Below, piece by piece: positions 13,499 to 28,631 of a stretch of DNA of 64,000 nt. This DNA is from Octopus vulgaris (Eukaryota): positions 71,052,001 to 71,116,000 of the forward strand of contig OX597819.1 in the NCBI GenBank assembly GCA_951406725.2, given 5' to 3'. Within the stretch, counting starts at the first letter, position 1. Each line of letters begins with the position of its first letter. Position numbers and translations under genes: made by a program. The notes below the pieces were generated by a model. The model searched no databases. It had not been told where the DNA came from and saw nothing but the letters and a program-made list of their open reading frames with translations.

Positions 13499-14295
13499 TT
13501 GGGAATATGTCCAAGTTTATACAATGTAACTTCGATCACGCCTATTTTAATTCCATGATTTTGCGTTAGAGAACATTAGTATAACACTTACAAAACGTAC
13601 TGTTTCTGCTTTTCTTTCAAACATTCAACTTTTGAGAGAATTTTTTGATGAAATGTAGTTCCATTGTTTTCGGTATTGCGGATCGTCCCATGCACATTTG
13701 TAAAAGGAAAAATTTTGAATTTTCCATCGCCGCATATTTCCAGATGCTTACTTAATGGAATCTTGCGTAATTCTTCTTGTCGGATATGTTGCCTGTGGAT
13801 TCTTGCACGTTGGCAGAGGGAATCCTAATTATAATTATGCTTATAATTATAGAATTTTTGTATAAGGTAATCGATAATGGTTCTTTTACATACCGAACTA
13901 CTTGGTAAAATTATTAATTATGAATTTATTAATTAATTTTACACTTTATTATTATTGATAACATAATTCACTCCCTGAGAGTAAACTGCAGTTTCTGCGG
14001 AATTACTCGTGGCACACGTGGGTGATTGAGGAAGAATGCGAGATCTCATTCGTCTGTTTGAATTCGGAAGTACTGGTTTTTGGATATATGCTATTCGATG
14101 GCGCATGGTCAAGTACGTATGTTAATTATCAGTGTTCTCAAATTCAAAATTGAAATACTATACTGAAGAAGGGAATAAGTGAGTAAATATATGATTTTGC
14201 ATCTTTTTACATCTCTTTAACTCAGAAACGTGTATATAGTTAAATAAAGCCTGCGCACATATATATATAGATAAATATACATACATACATACATT

Positions 14296-14356
<61 letters not shown>

Positions 14357-14873
14357 ACACACACAAATACATACATGTGCATAAATTATTATTAAAATGT
14401 ATTGCTTTTTTGCCAGATTAGAGTTGTTTTATTAAATTACCAAGTTCACCCTGAAATACCTTTCGCGCCGTGTGTGTACACCTAGACACATACATATACA
14501 CGATGATTGATACATCCAAACACACATACATACATACATATATACATACATATATATATACATACATACGTACATATATGCATTACATACATATAAGCAT
14601 TACATACATACATACATACATACAAACATACATACATACTACATTACATTTCATATATACATACACGCATACAAACACATACATATACATTCATACATAC
14701 ATATACATACGTACATACACACATACATATACGTTCATACGTACATACATGTACATACATACATATACATACATACATGCATACATACATACATACATAT
14801 ATATATACACACATACATATATGTTCATACATACATACATACATGCATACATACATATATACATATACATACA

Positions 14874-14905
<32 letters not shown>

Positions 14906-15442
14906 CATACATACATTTATACATACACGAAAACCTAGAAATACTTGTTTTTCTTTTTCAAGAAAGACCAAAAGCGACTGATGCGGATTCTGCAAATCCG
15001 ATCTATTGGCGACACAGTGAAGGTCTGTAAGACATTCTAAAGATTTTTGATCTTAGTTGAATAGATGCACACAGCCGGCACTCTTCGGTCAAGACGCCAA
15101 ATCAACCATACATTTGCAAACACAGAGAACTCAAAAAGTCTTAGGTAGAGAACTTAAATGTTCTTTGAAGGGACCCTGAAAATAATTTGCTTTAGATGTA
15201 TGTATTGGTTATGTATTGCAAGAAACAGCCAGGTTCCTTTCTCTAACATTTTAAAGTGTTCAACCTACACAAGTGAATGTGTGAAAAACGAAATAGGAAT
15301 TCTGTAAAACTAGTTTTATTTTTAATCATGGAATGGCTCTAGTGTCTACCAGAATAGAATAATGATCAAAGGTGTCCATAGGGGAAAAATGCCTTAGAAC
15401 ACCTGATTTAAACAAACCTCGAATAAAAATCATACGCATGTA

Positions 15443-16729
15443 CTGGGTTGGCAACTAACTTCCCGCCGTCTTTTTAAATTTTGGAATTTATTGCGTTTTT
15501 AAATTTTGGAATCTATTTTTTCCGAGAATTCTATTTTTTGAATCATTTTGGAATCTATTTTTTTTCTAGCTAATTTTAGTTAATTTTTGTTTATTTTCAG
15601 ATCATTAAAATGGAATGTCAAGTGAAGAAAAACGAGCATTTTCGACACCTCCTTTTTGCTCTTAATCAAGGTTCTAAGGCCGCAAAAGCTACTCGCAACC
15701 GTTGTGCTTTGTATGGAGAGGGTGCCATAGCTGAAAGAACCGCTCGTGGTTGGTATGCCAAGTTAAAAAAAGTGGAAATTTTGACCTCCAAGATGCACCT
15801 CGTTCTGGCCGTCCAACTGGAGTCGATGAAGAGCGATTAAACCAAATTTTGCGCGAAAATTCTTGTCAAACGACAAGGGAACTGGCAGAGAAAATGGAAT
15901 ACTCCCACACTGCTATAGAGAAGCATCTTCACTCGATGGGAAAGGTTCAGAAGTATGGAGCATGAGTTCCGCATGCTTTAAGTGACAACAACAAAAATCA
16001 ATGAGCCACAATTTCCGCTGGTTTGCTTGCACGTCAACGCTCAACTCATGGACACAAGCAAAGATTTCTTTACCGAATCGCTATTTGCGACGAAAAATGG
16101 TGCGTGTACATCAATATGAAGCAGCGCAAGGAATGGCTTAGCCCCGGTAAACAAGTTACACCGCGTGTGAAACAATTTATTCATCCGCGTAAAACGAGGT
16201 TGTGCGTATGGTGAGACTGGGAAAGGATTATCCATTAAGAATTGCTTGAACGGAACCAAACGGTCAACGCGGAACTCTATGCTCAACAGATGGAACGACC
16301 CAACACGGCTATTCAAGAGAAAAGACCTAATCGGCAGCATGGAGTTCTTCTGCTGCACGACAACGCCCGCCCTCATATCGCCAATATGACCAAAGAAGCC
16401 ATTCAAACGCATGGCTGGGAAGTGCTGCCACACCCGCCGTACTCTCCTGATTTGGTACCAACGGATTTCCACCTCTTTCGATCTCTTTCGAATGCTATGT
16501 GCTGTGTCGTTCAATACAGATGTAGAATTGAGAGGTTGGTTGGATCAATTTTTCGAGTCGAAATCGGATGATTTCTACCAACGAGGTATTGAAAATCTTG
16601 TTGAGTGTTGGGAAGAAGTTGTAAACAACAAGGATGAATACATTATTGATTAATTAGTTGTTATTTTTTATTAAACTTTTTAAAAAATCTAAATTTTAAA
16701 AAACGGCGGGAACTTAGTTGCCAACCCAA
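15443..16729 (+). mobile_element. Full-length decayed mariner (DD34D-type) transposon
   Basis: TIRs ctgggttggcaactaacttcccgccgt / acggcgggaacttagttgccaacccaa, TA target duplication. Frameshifted transposase 15610-16653 with PRSGRP, CDEKW, HDNARPH and HPPYSPDL motifs. Confidence 0.95.
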
Positions 16730-17779
16730 TACATTCACAAACCCGGGACTTCCTAATCATTTTACAAAGAGACGTAACTGCTGTTAACTAATTTACGTGA
16801 CCGAAAGGTTATGTATACAGTTAGGAAGAGACTTAGAGGAGTTTCAGGGAAAAGTGTTCTAAATATAAAGGGCGTCTCATGTTCCTTTGCCTGCCTTCCA
16901 AGCAACATAGATCAATCAAATAATAAATAAAGTTAGAAGGAAATAAATAAATCAATAAATAATGACAAACGTTTTCCTCAAATTGTTCGAAAACCTGATG
17001 AGTGAGAAAATTTTCTTTTGAACGGGAAAGACCAGAAAAAGAAGGAAGAAAGGAAAGAATGCAGGAAGAAAGGAAAGTTAGGTGAGAAGAAAGAAAAGCA
17101 ATAAATATAAGAAAAAAGCTAGAGGGCGCGGTCAGTAAGAAAGAGGAAAAAAATAAAAAGAAAAAATTGGGAGGAAGAGAAAGTTTTGTTACTAATTGCC
17201 GCTCTGGTGTAGACACACATACATACGTGCGTACGCACATACATACATACACACACACGCGCGCATGCATGCCTACATACATACATACATACATACATAC
17301 ATACATACATACATACATACATACATACATGCATACATTCACATATACATACATGCATGCATACATCATACATATATACATGCATACATACACGCACATA
17401 TATACACATACATGCACACATACACACATGCTTACATACATACACATGCATATACCCCCATACATACATGCACATACATACACATATACAAACATGCATA
17501 GAAACACGCGAATGCATGCATAACACACACATACATACACACTTAGACATATACTCACACATATATACACACACGTAGACATACATACACACACATACAT
17601 GCATGCATACATACTTGCGCACACATACATAGATTGATACCTACATTTATGCATATATTTTCTGTCTTACACACACACACACACACTCTCTCTCTCCCTC
17701 TCTCTCTTACATCCACCTTCACACCCACACCCGCACATGAACTAATATTTTAATGAGGATTATATTTCCAGCTCTAAGT

Positions 17780-18190
17780 CATCGAGCTGGCAGAATCGTT
17801 AGCACGCTGGACGAAATGCTTCACGGTATTTCGTCTGCCGCTACGTTCTCAGTTCAAATTTCGCCGAGGTCGACTTTGCCTTTCATCCTTTCGGGGTCGA
17901 TTAATTAAGTACCAGTTAAGCACTGGGGTCGATATAATCGACTTAATCCGTTTGTCTGTCCTTGTTTGTCCTCTCTGTGTTTGGCCCTTTGTGGGTAGTA
18001 AAGAAATAAGTATTTCGTATGCCGTTACGTTCTGAGTTCAAATTCCGCCGAGATCGACTTTGCCTTCCATCCTCTCAGGGTCGATTAAATAAGTACTTGT
18101 TACGAACTGGGGTCGATCTAATCGACTTAATCTCTTTGGCTGTCCTTGTTTTCCTCCTCTATGTTTAGTCCCCTGTGGGCAATGAAGAAT
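17780..18190 (+). mobile_element. tRNA-derived SINE (family with cctttcggggtcgat core), two tandem partial copies
   Basis: gagctggcagaatcgttagc...gagttcaaattccgccgaggtcgactttgcc; further copies near 22845, 34545, 40210, 49025, 52782, 59865 and 62690. Confidence 0.85.
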
Positions 18191-18199
18191 TAAATGTAT

Positions 18200-18912
18200 T
18201 TCCCAACGCATTGAAAAACAATATATACCGCACAAGAGCATTGGAACTCTGCAGAATGTGTGGGAAGTGGGCTGAAAGTGTGACTCACATTGTTAGTGCT
18301 GGTGAAAATTTTGCGCAGAAAGAGTACGAGCGTAGACACGACAAAGTAACCCATAACTTCCACTGTCTACTATGCCGTAAGTATGGATATGAGTTTACAT
18401 ACACCGAAAAAGGTAATGGATGAAAAAGGGAAGGCACCTCCCCTCCCCCCGGGACTTTGATTTCTAGACAGACAAAGTGTTAGCGCACCGAAGGCCGGAT
18501 GTAGTAACCTTTAGCAGAGACAAACAAGAGTGCCTAATAATCGACGTGGCAGTGCCAGGAGATCAACATATCATCATGAAAGAAAGAGAAAATGTTGATA
18601 AATATGGAGACCTGAGAATTGAGATCGCTAAGATGTGGCAGCTACGAGAGTCGAACATAAAGGTTATCCCTAGTGTCATCGGAGCAATGGGTTCAATACC
18701 ACCCAATCTGATAAAACATCTGAATCTTAGAAATACCCTAGATGTATTATAAAAGTCGGCATTATTTGGAACTGCACGCATATTGCATAAAGTACTGTCG
18801 TCTGAGGTCCTTGTTGTGACTTGACAAACAGTATAAACCCCCGGTAGACACAATATCTTCAATACACAACCTCACGATATTGTATACTGTTGGACGTCTT
18901 TGATAATAATAG
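18200..18912 (+). mobile_element. 3' fragment of an R4/Dong-like non-LTR retrotransposon (zinc knuckle and restriction-like endonuclease)
   Basis: CRMCGKWAESVTHIVS, RRHDKV, RRPDVV...IIDVAVPGD...DKYGDL motifs; short (TAA) tail. Confidence 0.85.
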
Positions 18913-18919
18913 TAATTTT

Positions 18920-20933
18920 AATACGATATCCCGATTACTACTTATGTGAAAATTTATTGACTGGAACACTCGCAGAGTCAATGTACGAACATCTGGAAAA
19001 CAATGGAGTTCTGCCACATGAGCAGAAGGGTTGCAAGCGTAAGTGCAGAGATACCAAGGATCAATTCCTGGTAGACTAAACTGTACTTAGAGACTGCAAG
19101 AGGAGGAAATGTAACTTAGCCATGTCATGGATCGACTATCGTAAGGCGTACGATATGATCCCACATTCTTGGATTATGGAGTGTATGAACCTGTTTGGGA
19201 TTGCATCGAATGTTGAGTGATTGCTTGGAAAAAGTATGGCAAATTGGAGGACGGACCTGACAGTATACGGAAGAAGTTTAGGGACAGTAGAAATTAGGAG
19301 GGTGCTTGATACCACTAACACTGATTCTGAGGAAAGCAAAAGCTGGGTATGTATTCAAAAGCCGCCAGCAAAATGTCAACCATTTGTTATTCATGGATGA
19401 CCTCAAACTTTATGGCAAAGAAGAAACCCAAGTCAGTGCTCTCGTTGATACGGTGTATACCTTCAGTGCTGATATCAGGGCGGAGTTCGGACTGAGAAAG
19501 TGTGATATGTTAGTCTTGAAGAGAGGCAAAATCAAATGTATGGGCGGGCTAACGATACCGTCGAGGTATGTTATGAAGCAGATAGAAGAAACGGGCTATA
19601 AGTACTTGGGGATTTTGGAAATGGATAAATTGATGGAGGAAGAAATAACAGAAAAATTTAAGGTGGAGTACTTGCGCAGACTGAGACTGATCCTTAAGTC
19701 GAAATTAAATGGACAGGATAAGATCGAAGCTATCAAAACCTCGGCGATTTCACTCCTTAGATATGGAGCAGAGGTAATCTCATGGACAGTAGACGAACTA
19801 AACAGCTTAGACAGAAAGACAAGGAAGTTGCTAACTAGATATGGGTCACTCCACCCAAAAGGTGACTCAGACAGACTGTATGTACCAAGAAAAAGAGGGT
19901 GAAACGGACTTATTGGATGCGAACACAGCATTAGAGCAGAAGAAAGCAACATAGCATGGTATGTAAAAAATGCCACAGAATCGCTATTATTAGATGTAGG
20001 AAGGTCAAGCTTGTGTAGAATGAAAGATTGCAAAGATAAAGCACTATACAAGAAATTGAAAAAATAGGTGGGTAAAGAAAAGAATGCATGGTCAATTTCA
20101 TAGGGATGTTGAAGATAAGCCAGATAGAGAAAAAAGATGGCTGTGAATTACTAAAAGTGATTTAAAACCGGAAATGGAGGCTCTAATCTGTGCTGCCCAA
20201 GAGCAAGCACTAAGAACAAACTCCATGAAATACAGAATTGACAACACAACAGAAAGTGATAAGTTCAGATTCTGTGGACAAAATGGTGAAACCATATGGC
20301 ATACGCCACTGGCCCAGAAGGAATATAAAAGACGCCACGGCAATATAGCCAGGCTTGTCCATTGGACACTTTGCAACAAGTATGGACTTGACAGAGCAAA
20401 AAATTGGTACGACCACAAACCTGAAGGCATCGTAGAAAATAGAAATGCGAAGATCCTATGGGCTTTTATGAGTCAGTGCGAGCATGAGATAGAGAATAGG
20501 AAGCCGGACATAGTCTTAATTGAGAAAGAAAACAAACTATGCTGGATCATAGATATAGCATGCCCAGCTGACAACATGGTATGCGATAAGGAAGAAAGAA
20601 AAGTCGAGAGATATGACAGGTTAGCTTGGGAGATTAAGCAGTTGTTGTCGATGAAAAAGGTAGCAGTAGTACCAATAATAGTCGGAACCCTAGCAACAGT
20701 GAGCAAAGATCTCGAGAAGTACGTGGAACAAATAGGGGCTGCAATAAGGGTGGAGCACTTGCAGAAAACAGCACTGCTTGGAACCGCTCGAATACTCCGG
20801 AAGGTGCTCGAAAAATAAGAGGTTCACTGGTAGTGAACAGCTGACACTGGTAGTGAACAGCTCACACTGGTACATCTCCAACGTTAGAAGCTGTGCAAAA
20901 GCAATAATAATGATAATAATTATAATAATAATG

Positions 20934-21019
<86 letters not shown>

Positions 21020-21022
21020 AAT
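18920..21022 (+). mobile_element. 5'-truncated decayed R4/Dong-like LINE (RT plus RLE) with (TAA)n tail
   Basis: EQKG, WIDYRKAYDMIPH, HLLFMDDLKLY, RLYVPRK, ICAAQEQAL, RKPDIV...IIDIACP and KTALLGTARILRKVL; internal deletions and stops. Confidence 0.92.
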
Positions 21023-21029
21023 AAAAAAA

Positions 21030-21344
<315 letters not shown>

Positions 21345-21345
<1 letters not shown>

Positions 21346-21354
21346 ATTATTATG

Positions 21355-21405
<51 letters not shown>

Positions 21406-21936
21406 GAGTGAGAGAGCAGTGCATGCCATCAAAGTGACACTGGGGTAAAATATACGAAGCCCAGTATACCCATCATGACTACCCCGTCTGATAAGGGTAC
21501 ACCAGGCACATGCATCACAACCATATGTGCGTGACATGGTGATCTCATATGAAGATAAACAGCACATGACCTTGCAGGTGGGGCCCAGTTAGAATTTTCT
21601 TCTGGTCGAGTAGCCCATCCCACTCAAAAGGTCCTTGAATAAGGGTTATTTAAGGATGTTAAATGAAACACCCATGTTTCCAGAGGTGAATTATTTAAAC
21701 CCCAAATAATCCCTCTCAACACATGGCTATGATGCTCCCCCACTACTTCTGCTCGTGATCAGAGATGCACATATCGTCAGCCACTAAGGGAAATGCTCAA
21801 CTGGTTAAGGTCAAACAACTGACAAGCAAATCTGTGGTATTGAGCAAAATATTTGCTGTAGCCCATCTTTTATACCAAGACAAAACAATGTACAGGATAA
21901 CACTTCCAATCAGTTAAGATCAGAATGCATCAGGGC

Positions 21937-21982
<46 letters not shown>
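21345..21982. repeat. Non-coding element embedded between (TTA)n tracts, probably an opposite-orientation (TAA)n-targeting retroelement segment
   Basis: Repeat polarity switches from TAA to TTA at about 21345; unique ~530-bp core. Confidence 0.4.
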
Positions 21983-23460
21983 TCAATTTTTTGCTACAAA
22001 GGCAGCTTGGTGGCGGTAGGGATGAGTCGATTACATCGACCCTTCTTTACAATGGATTTGTCAGCATTTACAGGCACTGAGAGGGAATTTGGAAAGTGTC
22101 CCCATATGTACCTAAACACTTGTCACATCCTCTGTTAAGGACGAAATAAGATTTCTTTCAGCTAGTTCATTTCCTCATTTTTTCGTTTTCATTTCTCAAT
22201 CTTGTACTTTCTTGTACTTGTTCATATTCCCCAGAATTGTTCATAAGTACTTTGACTTCTACTAACCCGTCTTATCTTAGTGATCCCTATTTTATTTTGA
22301 TACTATGCTTCACTCTCCCATCTTACCATCGCAATCTCTCCTACTATCGACGTAACCGTGTTGTCTCTCTCTGTACTACGCCTTAGTGTCATTTTATTAC
22401 TATCGCAGCTATTAGTGTCGATGGCACCACTACTACCCCCGTTACCACCACCACCACCACCTCAACAACAAGTACAACAGTAACTACAACTACTACTCTT
22501 ACCACTACTGAACTACTACAACCAATACCCCTCAAAACTACTATAATTACTAGCGCATTTAATACCACTGTCACATATTTTGAGACACTGTCACATATTT
22601 TGAGAGACCTACTCCTCGATTTTTAATCTTCTGGCTTACATCATAATCATTCTGACAAAAATAAAACCAACTGGACCAAAACGACTGACCTACATAGGTA
22701 ACCACCTACCAAAACGACAAACTTCAATGTGGAACTGAACCAACGAATTCATAGATTAGGTGCAGTGTGTAGATTTGGTGCAGTGTGACCTCGCCAGTAA
22801 GTAGATCACGTAACAAAAATTTTGTCATGTAACAAATAAACCTTACTACTCTAGGCACAAGGCCTGAAATTTGAGGGGAGTGGGGATAGTTGATTACATC
22901 GACTCTAGTACTCGACTGATACTTAATTAATCGAGCCCGAAAGGATGAATTGCAAAGTCGACTTCGGCGGAATTTGAACTGAGAACGTAGCGACAAGCGA
23001 AATATTACCAAGCCCAGAATGCTAACGATTCTACCAGCTAACTGCTTTAGATATTAATAATAATTATTATTATTATTATAGTCCTGTTGTCAAATGGGAG
23101 TGGCAAAACAAACAAGGATACGCACAGGCCTACTATGTTTGTATGTGTGTGTGTGTGTGTGTTACCACTACAGTGCTCATAGTTTGAATGTTCCATTTTG
23201 CCTTCTAACGCCGGAATAACTTATTCGCTTTACCCGCATATTTCATTCTAAATTTCCAAAATTTCCCAAGGAAATAAGCACCAATTAGTCTTGGAATATT
23301 ACCTGAAAGAGACCAACTTCATCCCGACTCAGGTGAGACATATTGTGTGTTAGAAATACATTTACGCATGAAAGTACACAACTGGTGTTATTTAACTTCG
23401 GGGTGGTAGTGATTTTAAGTTTTCCAAATGAGGCCATTTCGTATATTTTTTCACGCATAA

Positions 23461-23556
<96 letters not shown>

Positions 23557-23582
23557 CAAAATCAAATCAAAATCAATATATA

Positions 23583-23641
<59 letters not shown>

Positions 23642-23653
23642 GTATATATATAT

Positions 23654-23686
<33 letters not shown>

Positions 23687-24050
23687 AATGGATGAATGAA
23701 TTATCCTTTGTTTACAGTTAACATGGAAAATTCAATAGACAGGTACCAGGAATAAACAGTTACAAAGGAATAAGCGGTGTAAAATAATGTAATCTTCTCA
23801 TGAGGAAAGAAAGAGAACCTAACTCAACAACAAGACATTATAACAATTTTGATGACTGCATAAATGATAAACAGAACGCTATTAAGTATTTTTTAAAAAT
23901 ATAGTTAGTAGATCTGATGCCAAAGACAGACCCTAGAAAGAGAAGGGGTAAAGAAATAATTAGTAGAGAACAAATAAAGAGGGATATATTGGTTGAAAAA
24001 ATGTTCAAAGGCTTGGAGTAGATTTCTCTATTGAAGTATATATATATATC

Positions 24051-24095
<45 letters not shown>

Positions 24096-24102
24096 ATATA
24101 TA

Positions 24103-24144
<42 letters not shown>

Positions 24145-24699
24145 TCAGTAATTAAATTGTGGCCATGCTGGAGCACCGCCTTCAAGAATTTTTAGTCGAA
24201 TGGATCGATCATAATTTTCTTAAGGGTCTTACTTATTTGTCCGGCCTGCTAGCGATTCTGCCAGCTCGCCGCCTTGTATAATAAATGTATAATAAATATC
24301 ATAAATATTATATAATAAATAATATTATAATTGACAGACGCAAAGACCTACACATAGATATATATACATAAATATGGCGGGCTCCTTTCAGTTTCCGTGT
24401 ACCAAATCCGTTCACAAGAATCTGGCTGGCCCGCGGATACAGTGGAAGACACTTGTTAAAGGCGCCACGCAGTGGGATTGAACCCAGAACCATGTGGTTG
24501 GGATGCAAGCCTCTTACCACACAGTCACGATAACCAATGAAGGGTCGTTCTTTGTGTTACTTGGCCTCTTTCTTTCGCTGTTTGCGTATTGAACTCATTG
24601 TATTTCATGTTGTTTACTGTCGGTGACATCCTGTACCCATATATGTGTGTGTGCGCGTGTATATATATATACATATATACATACATACACACATAGTTG

Positions 24700-25395
24700 A
24701 AGGAGTGGCTGTGTGGTAAGTAGCTTGCTTACTAACCATATGGTTCCGGTTTCATTCCCACTGCATGGCACCTTGGGCAAGTGCCTTCTACTATAGCCTC
24801 GGGCCGACCAATCTCAGGGACAGTAGACGAACTAAACAGCTTAGACAGAAAGACAAAGAAGTTGCTAACTAGATATGGGTCACTCCACCCAAAAAGTGAC
24901 ACACACAGACTGTATGTACCAAGAAAAAGAGGGTGAAGAGGACTTATTGGATGCGAACACAGCATTAGAGCAAAAGAAAACAACATAGCATGATATGTAA
25001 AAAATGCCACAAAACCGCTATTATTAGGAGTTGATCCTTGGTATCTCTGCATTTACGCTTGCAATCCTTCTGCTCATGTGGCAGAACTCCATTTTTTTCC
25101 AGATGTTCGTACATTGACTCTGCGAGTATTCCAGTCAATAACTTTCACATAAGTAGTAATCAGGATATCGTATTAAAATTACTATTATTATCAAAGACGT
25201 CCAACAGTATACAATATTGTGAGGTTGTGTATTGAAGATATTGTGTCTACTGGTTGTTTATACTGTTTGTCAAGTCACCACAAGGACCTCAGACGACAGT
25301 ACTTTATGCAATATGCGAGCAGTCCCAAGTAATGCCGTCGATTATAAGCCTTGTGAGTGGATTTGGTAGACGGAAACTGAAAGAAGTCCGTGGCT

Positions 25396-25426
<31 letters not shown>

Positions 25427-25615
25427 ATATGTTTGTGTGTCTGACTTTGTCCCTCCAACCGATGTTGGTGTGTTTACGTCCCCGTAACCTAGTAGTTCGA
25501 CAAAAGCGACCGATAGAATAAGTACTAGGCTTACAAGCAATAAGTCCTGGGGTCGATTTGCTCGTTTAAAGGAGGTTCTCCAGCATGGCCGCCATCAAAT
25601 GACTTAGAGAAGTAA
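24700..25615 (+). mobile_element. tRNA-derived SINE interrupted by two LINE pieces in opposite orientations (24812-25030 plus, 25030-25345 minus)
   Basis: SINE head at 24700-24810 resumes at 25347; the inserts match 19778-19995 and the reverse of 18755-19065. Confidence 0.8.
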
Positions 25616-25618
25616 AAA

Positions 25619-25670
<52 letters not shown>

Positions 25671-25707
25671 CTGTAAATGTAATATGAGACAATTATTCGG
25701 TAGCCAT

Positions 25708-25768
25708 GATAAAACTCCGAGTTTCGGATGCCGAGGTGGAAATTCACGCCGCCATCTCTTCAGTTATC
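25708..25768 (-). ncRNA. Type I hammerhead ribozyme, family E, inside fold-back element 25668-25920
   Basis: gataa-CTGAAGA-gatg...catc-c-GAAAC-tcgga-GTT-ttatc; 39-bp inverted arms at 25668-25706 and 25822-25860. Confidence 0.7.
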
Positions 25769-25916
25769 CGGCCATGGGAAAAATGCTATGAAAAATGACC
25801 TGATATCGGGTACCGAATAACTGGCTACCGAATAATTGTTTCATATTACATTTACAGATAAATTCCTCTATTTACATAATATTGAGGTCTCTTTCTTTTG
25901 TTCTTACCATTTTTAT

Positions 25917-25963
<47 letters not shown>

Positions 25964-26054
25964 TTGCATATGGTATCGTATATTTATAATAATTTAAACT
26001 GTTAAACAGTCCTCACATGACAGATGATTATTACAAGCAGGTATAAGCACCTAT

Positions 26055-26092
<38 letters not shown>

Positions 26093-27602
26093 CTGTAACA
26101 AATATGGAATAATTATTTAATTAGTTAAAATTATTCAAATATTAGAAATACCCGGAAAAGCATCACTGTTGAAATATTTTTTTTTTGCTCAGTTTTTAAA
26201 CGATATATATATTTGTTTTTGTCAGAAAGTTGGTGGTTACCCCAATCACTACTTTAGGCCGTGACGATCTTGCCTGATCCGAGTCAAGCTCATCTGGCTG
26301 CACAATGAAATAGTGCTTTCATTTCATTGACGTTTAATGCACGAAGATTTACGGAAATTGACGAAAGAATGCCTAAGAAGCACGTTACAAGACAAAACTA
26401 AGGAAACACTTGAATATTAACAAAACAAATTTTAACAAAACAAATATGAACAAAACAATTATTAACAAACAATATTAACGAAGCAAATATATCTTTCTGA
26501 TAATTTTTTTTTTATCAGTGTAGAGGTTTGTTAGTTATTATTAACATATTTTTACAATAAGAAAAAAGGACAAAACGTTAAATGTTTAAAAAGTTAAAAT
26601 TATCAAGAAAAAATAAATGGTAACTACCTCATCAAGAAAACAAAGAAAAAGAAAAAAATAGGGGGAAGGGAATCAAGCAGCAGAAAATGGTGGGGAGGTT
26701 GTAAGGGGTTGTTAACTTCTGAACAAATGGCGTGTATAGCCACAAGGATCTGCTTTTCTCGTATGTGAAGAGAATTATTCCGGTCGGGCCGCTTACCATC
26801 ACCGTGGACAAGGCCTTCTGGCTCCAGTTATCATGGGAAGCCGTAACAAGTTTGTAATAAATATATAACAAACATTGTACAATGCATGTATAATAAATAT
26901 TATATAATAAATATTATATAATAAATAAATAATCCTTTCAACAATAGGCACAAGGCCTGAAATTTGTGGGGGAGGGGATGAGTCGATTACATCAACCCCA
27001 GTGTTTTACTGGTATACAATTTATCGATTCCGAAAGGATGAAAAGCAAAATCGACATCGCCTTATATAATAAATATATAATAAATATATGATAAATACAT
27101 AATAAATATCATAATAAATACATAATAAATATTATAAATATTATATAATAAATAAATATTAATATTATTATAAATAAATTATATTATAATTAATAATAAT
27201 TTATAATACTTATATACCATCACTTTTTTATCTTTCGTCTATTACTTGTTTCAGTCATTAGATCAGGGGTCGGCGAACTTTTTCTTAATCAGTTACCCTC
27301 CAAAATATATGTATTTTATGCTAATCTTACTCCCTTGATTTGAAAGGAAGAAAATCAAAAGAATTTTTGAATCTATTTATATGGAGAATACAATTATAAA
27401 TATAAAATATTTAAAACAAACGCGATAAAATAAATTAATATCCTCATTATGAAACAAAAAGATTTTTCTAGAGACTTTTTCACTTCAGGTTTTGAAGAAA
27501 GAGACTTCTTGATTGAAAGATACTTCTTACACAGCCACGCTTGCACCTATAGTCACACCAGATATTCATTTCATTTCTTTAAAATTCTAATGACAACAAT
27601 AA

Positions 27603-27758
27603 CTAATTGTATATCTGTAGAATTCTTTGGGTAACGGTTACATGTTCCTGAAGCGTCCGTAGAGTAACTAAAATGGATATTCGTCGAAGAAAAGCTGAAG
27701 CGTCTTTTCGTAAGAGAAGCCTCTCATCTACTTCTGTTTCATGAGAATCCAAAGGCAT
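27603..27758 (-). CDS. Terminal coding exon 5 (MPLDSHETEVDERLLLRKDASAFLRRISILVTLRTLQEHVTVTQRILQIYN-stop)
   Basis: Acceptor ttttttcatacatttcag|, phase 0, ends in TAG. Amphipathic C-terminal helix pattern. Lies within ORF 27603-27959. Confidence 0.8.
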   Translation of the reverse strand: MPLDSHETEVDERLLLRKDASAFLRRISILVTLRTLQEHVTVTQRILQIYN

Positions 27759-28631
27759 CTGAAATGTATGAAAAAAATATAAATTATTATAAGAGGAACG
27801 AAGTAAAAGGAAAGTAAAAGCGATGGACATTGAGGGATTCGAGTCCTGCGACTCAGGGGCTGATTGTCCGGTTTCCCGGTTTCCATGGTCTATCAGTGAC
27901 CGAGATACCAACATTTGCCCTTGAACGAGACAACAGTCCTCCGTCTGAGAGTAATTCATTCACTGTTGAGTGGACTGGAGTAAAGTGAAATGAAGTTTTT
28001 TGCAGCACACCGTTTAGGAATCGAAACCACGATGTTGCGATCATAAGCATACACATCTTAACGACTAGGCCACGCACCTTCTAAGAAGAAAACACTAACT
28101 AGTCAAAATCAACATTGCACGTATGAACAAACAGCAATTGTAGAGATAGCATTTATTCCACAACTACCAACGAATAAGCTAAATATAAAATGCATATACA
28201 TATATATAAAATTATAATTAAGGGTATCTAAAAGATACCACCATGCTAGAGATAGCAGTCAAAACTAGACACTAGTAACCAATAATTTTTTGCTAGTTTA
28301 TTTGTCTCTTTGTCTTTCTCCTGGTGCTGTATGGATAATTGATGTGGTTTTAGAGTCACGTTTTGACTGCTATCTCTAACATGGCAGTATCTTTTAGATA
28401 CCATTAATTATACTACTACTAATAATTATTGCCTATGCGGTTTTTATTCCCATACTGGCTACTTGATATGATCGGTAATTTAAATAACGATTTTATCCAT
28501 ATATATATAGGTGTGTGTGTGTGTGTGTGTGTGTGCGTGTGTGTGTGTGCGCGTGTGTATGTGTGATGTGTATGTGTGCGTGCGTGCGTGTGTGTGTGTG
28601 TGTGTGTGTATGTGTGTGTGTGTGTGTGTGT

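Noticed and set aside
16990-17040. CTGATGA...GAAA motif (also on the minus strand near 6165 and 7385)
   Set aside because: No stem II, stem III or NUH triplet can be formed, so it is not called a hammerhead.
22389-22574. Thr-rich or Val-rich mucin-like ORF
   Set aside because: Degenerate (ACT/ACC)n low-complexity sequence with no convincing splice context.
26880-27600. AU-rich elements and a polyadenylation signal for the candidate gene
   Set aside because: The region is so AT-rich that ATTTA matches are uninformative, and the 3' end cannot be placed from sequence alone.
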